Positions 63,001 through 64,000 of a stretch of DNA of 64,000 nt are shown piece by piece (within the stretch, counting starts at the first letter, position 1; the number at the start of each line of letters is the position of its first letter). The stretch is from an uncultured cyanobacterium (GTDB taxonomy: Bacteria > Cyanobacteriota > Cyanobacteriia > Cyanobacteriales > CAWCAG01). Location: assembly GCA_963803805.1 (NCBI GenBank), contig CAWDOD010000011.1, positions 448,001 to 512,000 on the forward strand, given 5' to 3'. The translations under genes were made by a program, and so were the position numbers. The notes under the pieces are model-generated. The model worked only from the letters and a program-made list of their open reading frames with translations, had not been told where the DNA came from and made no database searches.

Positions 63001-63243
63001 CCCGGACAACATTTTGGTGAAGTTGCTTTATTTGATGATGCCCCCCGGTGGAATGGTGCGATCGCAGTGGAAGATTGTACTTTATTTAAGTTAGAAAAAA
63101 GTAGTTTTATTAGCTTAATTACCCAACGTCCTCACATTGTTTTAGAAATCTGTCGCTTTTTCAGCCAGCGTTTACGAGAAACCGACAAATACTTTCCGGT
63201 TAAGTTATTGGCTGCGTCGGGAGAGTTATTGGGTAATCGCTAA
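60046..63243 (+). CDS. MFS/Npt1-like transporter - HEAT repeats - cNMP-binding domain fusion
   Basis: About 12 TMs; HEAT repeats (DPTVRATA, DSQVRQKAA); FGEVALFDDAPR. Confidence 0.88.
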   Translation: MLNQSLEQRFSFSAWKIRRLTRLLILAVSILALNIQVITLASSLFLNKVGSEKLPLFFILIGLVSVPAYALFSPLVDRYSRPQLFRYVLFIGIVVILLMRLAINSGSLVIYYLLFIFASFSWDSQVNILWPSLLNDYLTSLEYKRYTSLIGMAQAVGILLGGALVSVISAYLPTRNILIALPLMYGLVILQLFLLERSERRLESNTKEESVGIWQTLKTFPEQVKNYQIIFFLAASSFLVVILIVIAEYECFSVYSQTFTDDQELTRFLGLLRVVYSVVQLFVLYGFTQPLLQRLGVGTMSLVYPITTLISFISLGLNFSLPAAIATSVNSESLNKSINLPVHNLNYNAVPYQIIGRVRAFSDGFLYALGQISAGVLLWAAHSFLTLVQITWLGIALSLLFFLLRYPMGKKYFESLEGMLRSGSVNLDDISEGLTQLPPQSSSVIKELITSEERYTKIKGLELAIGLGQPSQFLEDVEELFPNAHPDVRDASVKLLSSNPDTETINRCQELLKAQNHSLKALGLEVLIASQHHLDEEQIRSCLKDNSQEIRALASVAATQTEAITNPEIKQTCAKLWQSELDQTTGKAIVRVVAFGGGRELIHPLKEILLRGSGEVIRKGLEALANIARPQDEELAQIAVTQLNHPDPTVRATAFEVLRIARSEEMLNYVVNGLEDHDSQVRQKAAMALAAYGEQGLSLAKESLLSANQNLVEAAIAAIGQIRIRKASDILYDYLSPDFQEISHTRQWQQKIPLHTPSWQPLAIAIADYHQRLIQRVLYVLSCLGHARTVNTVKRLLYSTDKRELANAIETLASLRDRRFVLPLMPILEGLANEEAPGTPISANSFWMRTKGYKLLLEALEAKDRWIRIGALIALAGLSSALSKDPDPLVKAVAKEIFRPLDEQPASLNFFMKRLLLLKKVALFKNLSLDELLLIDRALEQEQFLAGETIFTEGSWGEHFYIIAEGKVRIVKKVEEEERDLTFLIPGQHFGEVALFDDAPRWNGAIAVEDCTLFKLEKSSFISLITQRPHIVLEICRFFSQRLRETDKYFPVKLLAASGELLGNR

Positions 63244-63547
63244 TTGCTAGTTGCTAGTAACATATATAAATCGCTGTCGGTGTCAATATAGAAATGGCGC
63301 GATCGCAAAGACAATCAGGCAGCTATTAGTAAGTTAGGGGAATATAGGCAACTATCTCATTTAGTGAGAACTTACATTAATTTTTGTACTAAGTGGGTTG
63401 ATGGCTTATTTGATTAGAACTTACGCAGTAAAATGACAAATAAAGAGTTGAAGCTATCGGGTTCGTGTGATAGTCAATAGTCAACAGTTTACTGCTTATA
63501 GGTTTCAGTATTCAAAGATATCCCAAGCTTATTGCGTAGTGCTATAC

Positions 63548-64000
63548 ATGAAGTTCCAGAAACAGCCTTTAACTACTAAAGTCGCTACCTCCTTCCTGTT
63601 TCTTTCTCTTCTCACAGTAGGAGTTGTAGGAGGAGTAGCTCATATTAGGGCTAGGGAAGCTCTCAAACAAGCAGCTTTTGACCGACTTAATGTTACTGCA
63701 AGATTAAAAGAAAAAGAAATTGCCCGTTGGTTTGAAAATCAGCAACGGGACTTTCTTTTAACGACTCAATTTCCTGATGTACAAGAGAATCTACAAATAC
63801 TGACTAATCCCACCGCTTCCAAAACTCAACAGCAAGATGCTTATGGCTTACTTTCAAAATACCTTGGTAAAGTAATCACTTTTAAACCTAACTTCAGAAA
63901 AATTTCCCTCCTTAACCGCAGTAACCAAATTATTCTCTCCACCAAAAAAGCGAATGAGGGGAATTATGAAATTGGTACAAACTTAACTTATATTGAGGAA
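63548..64000 (+). CDS. Cache-type membrane sensor protein, 3'-partial (not in ORF track)
   Basis: MKFQKQPLTTKVATSFLFFSLLTVGVVGG..AFDRL..LKEKEIARWF; open to window end. Confidence 0.8.
   Translation, partial: MKFQKQPLTTKVATSFLFLSLLTVGVVGGVAHIRAREALKQAAFDRLNVTARLKEKEIARWFENQQRDFLLTTQFPDVQENLQILTNPTASKTQQQDAYGLLSKYLGKVITFKPNFRKISLLNRSNQIILSTKKANEGNYEIGTNLTYIEE

Overview
64 kb of an AT-rich cyanobacterial chromosome, judged from frequent HIP1 GCGATCGC octamers, heptameric STRR-type repeats and genes such as cofH, cruP, hpsE, cyanoexosortase and ycf46/DUF1257. Housekeeping genes (clpB, argJ, cofH, cruP, mntP, glycosyltransferases) are mixed with many signalling genes. No rRNA, tRNA, CRISPR array or intact transposase was seen. 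Main points: (1) a four-gene cluster at 6.9-11.0 kb whose products share an unnamed domain, one carrying a long acidic tail with repeated D-W motifs; (2) an accessory island at 13.1-18.5 kb with a CHAT protease-STAND NTPase-TPR (NLR-like) protein with mosaic 120-bp repeats, a truncated xisH, xisI and a frameshifted DUF433/DUF5615 TA pair among HIP1-anchored repeats; (3) four ManR-like boxes at exact 11-bp spacing upstream of mntP; (4) an ETR1-type ethylene-binding kinase in an operon with a receiver and a diguanylate cyclase; (5) a Cya2-type guanylyl cyclase next to a cNMP-domain MscS channel; (6) a 50-aa atpT-like ORF missing from the ORF track; (7) an ABC-type ATPase with a split partner gene, a possible defence module. 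All family assignments come from motif recognition by eye, not database searches.
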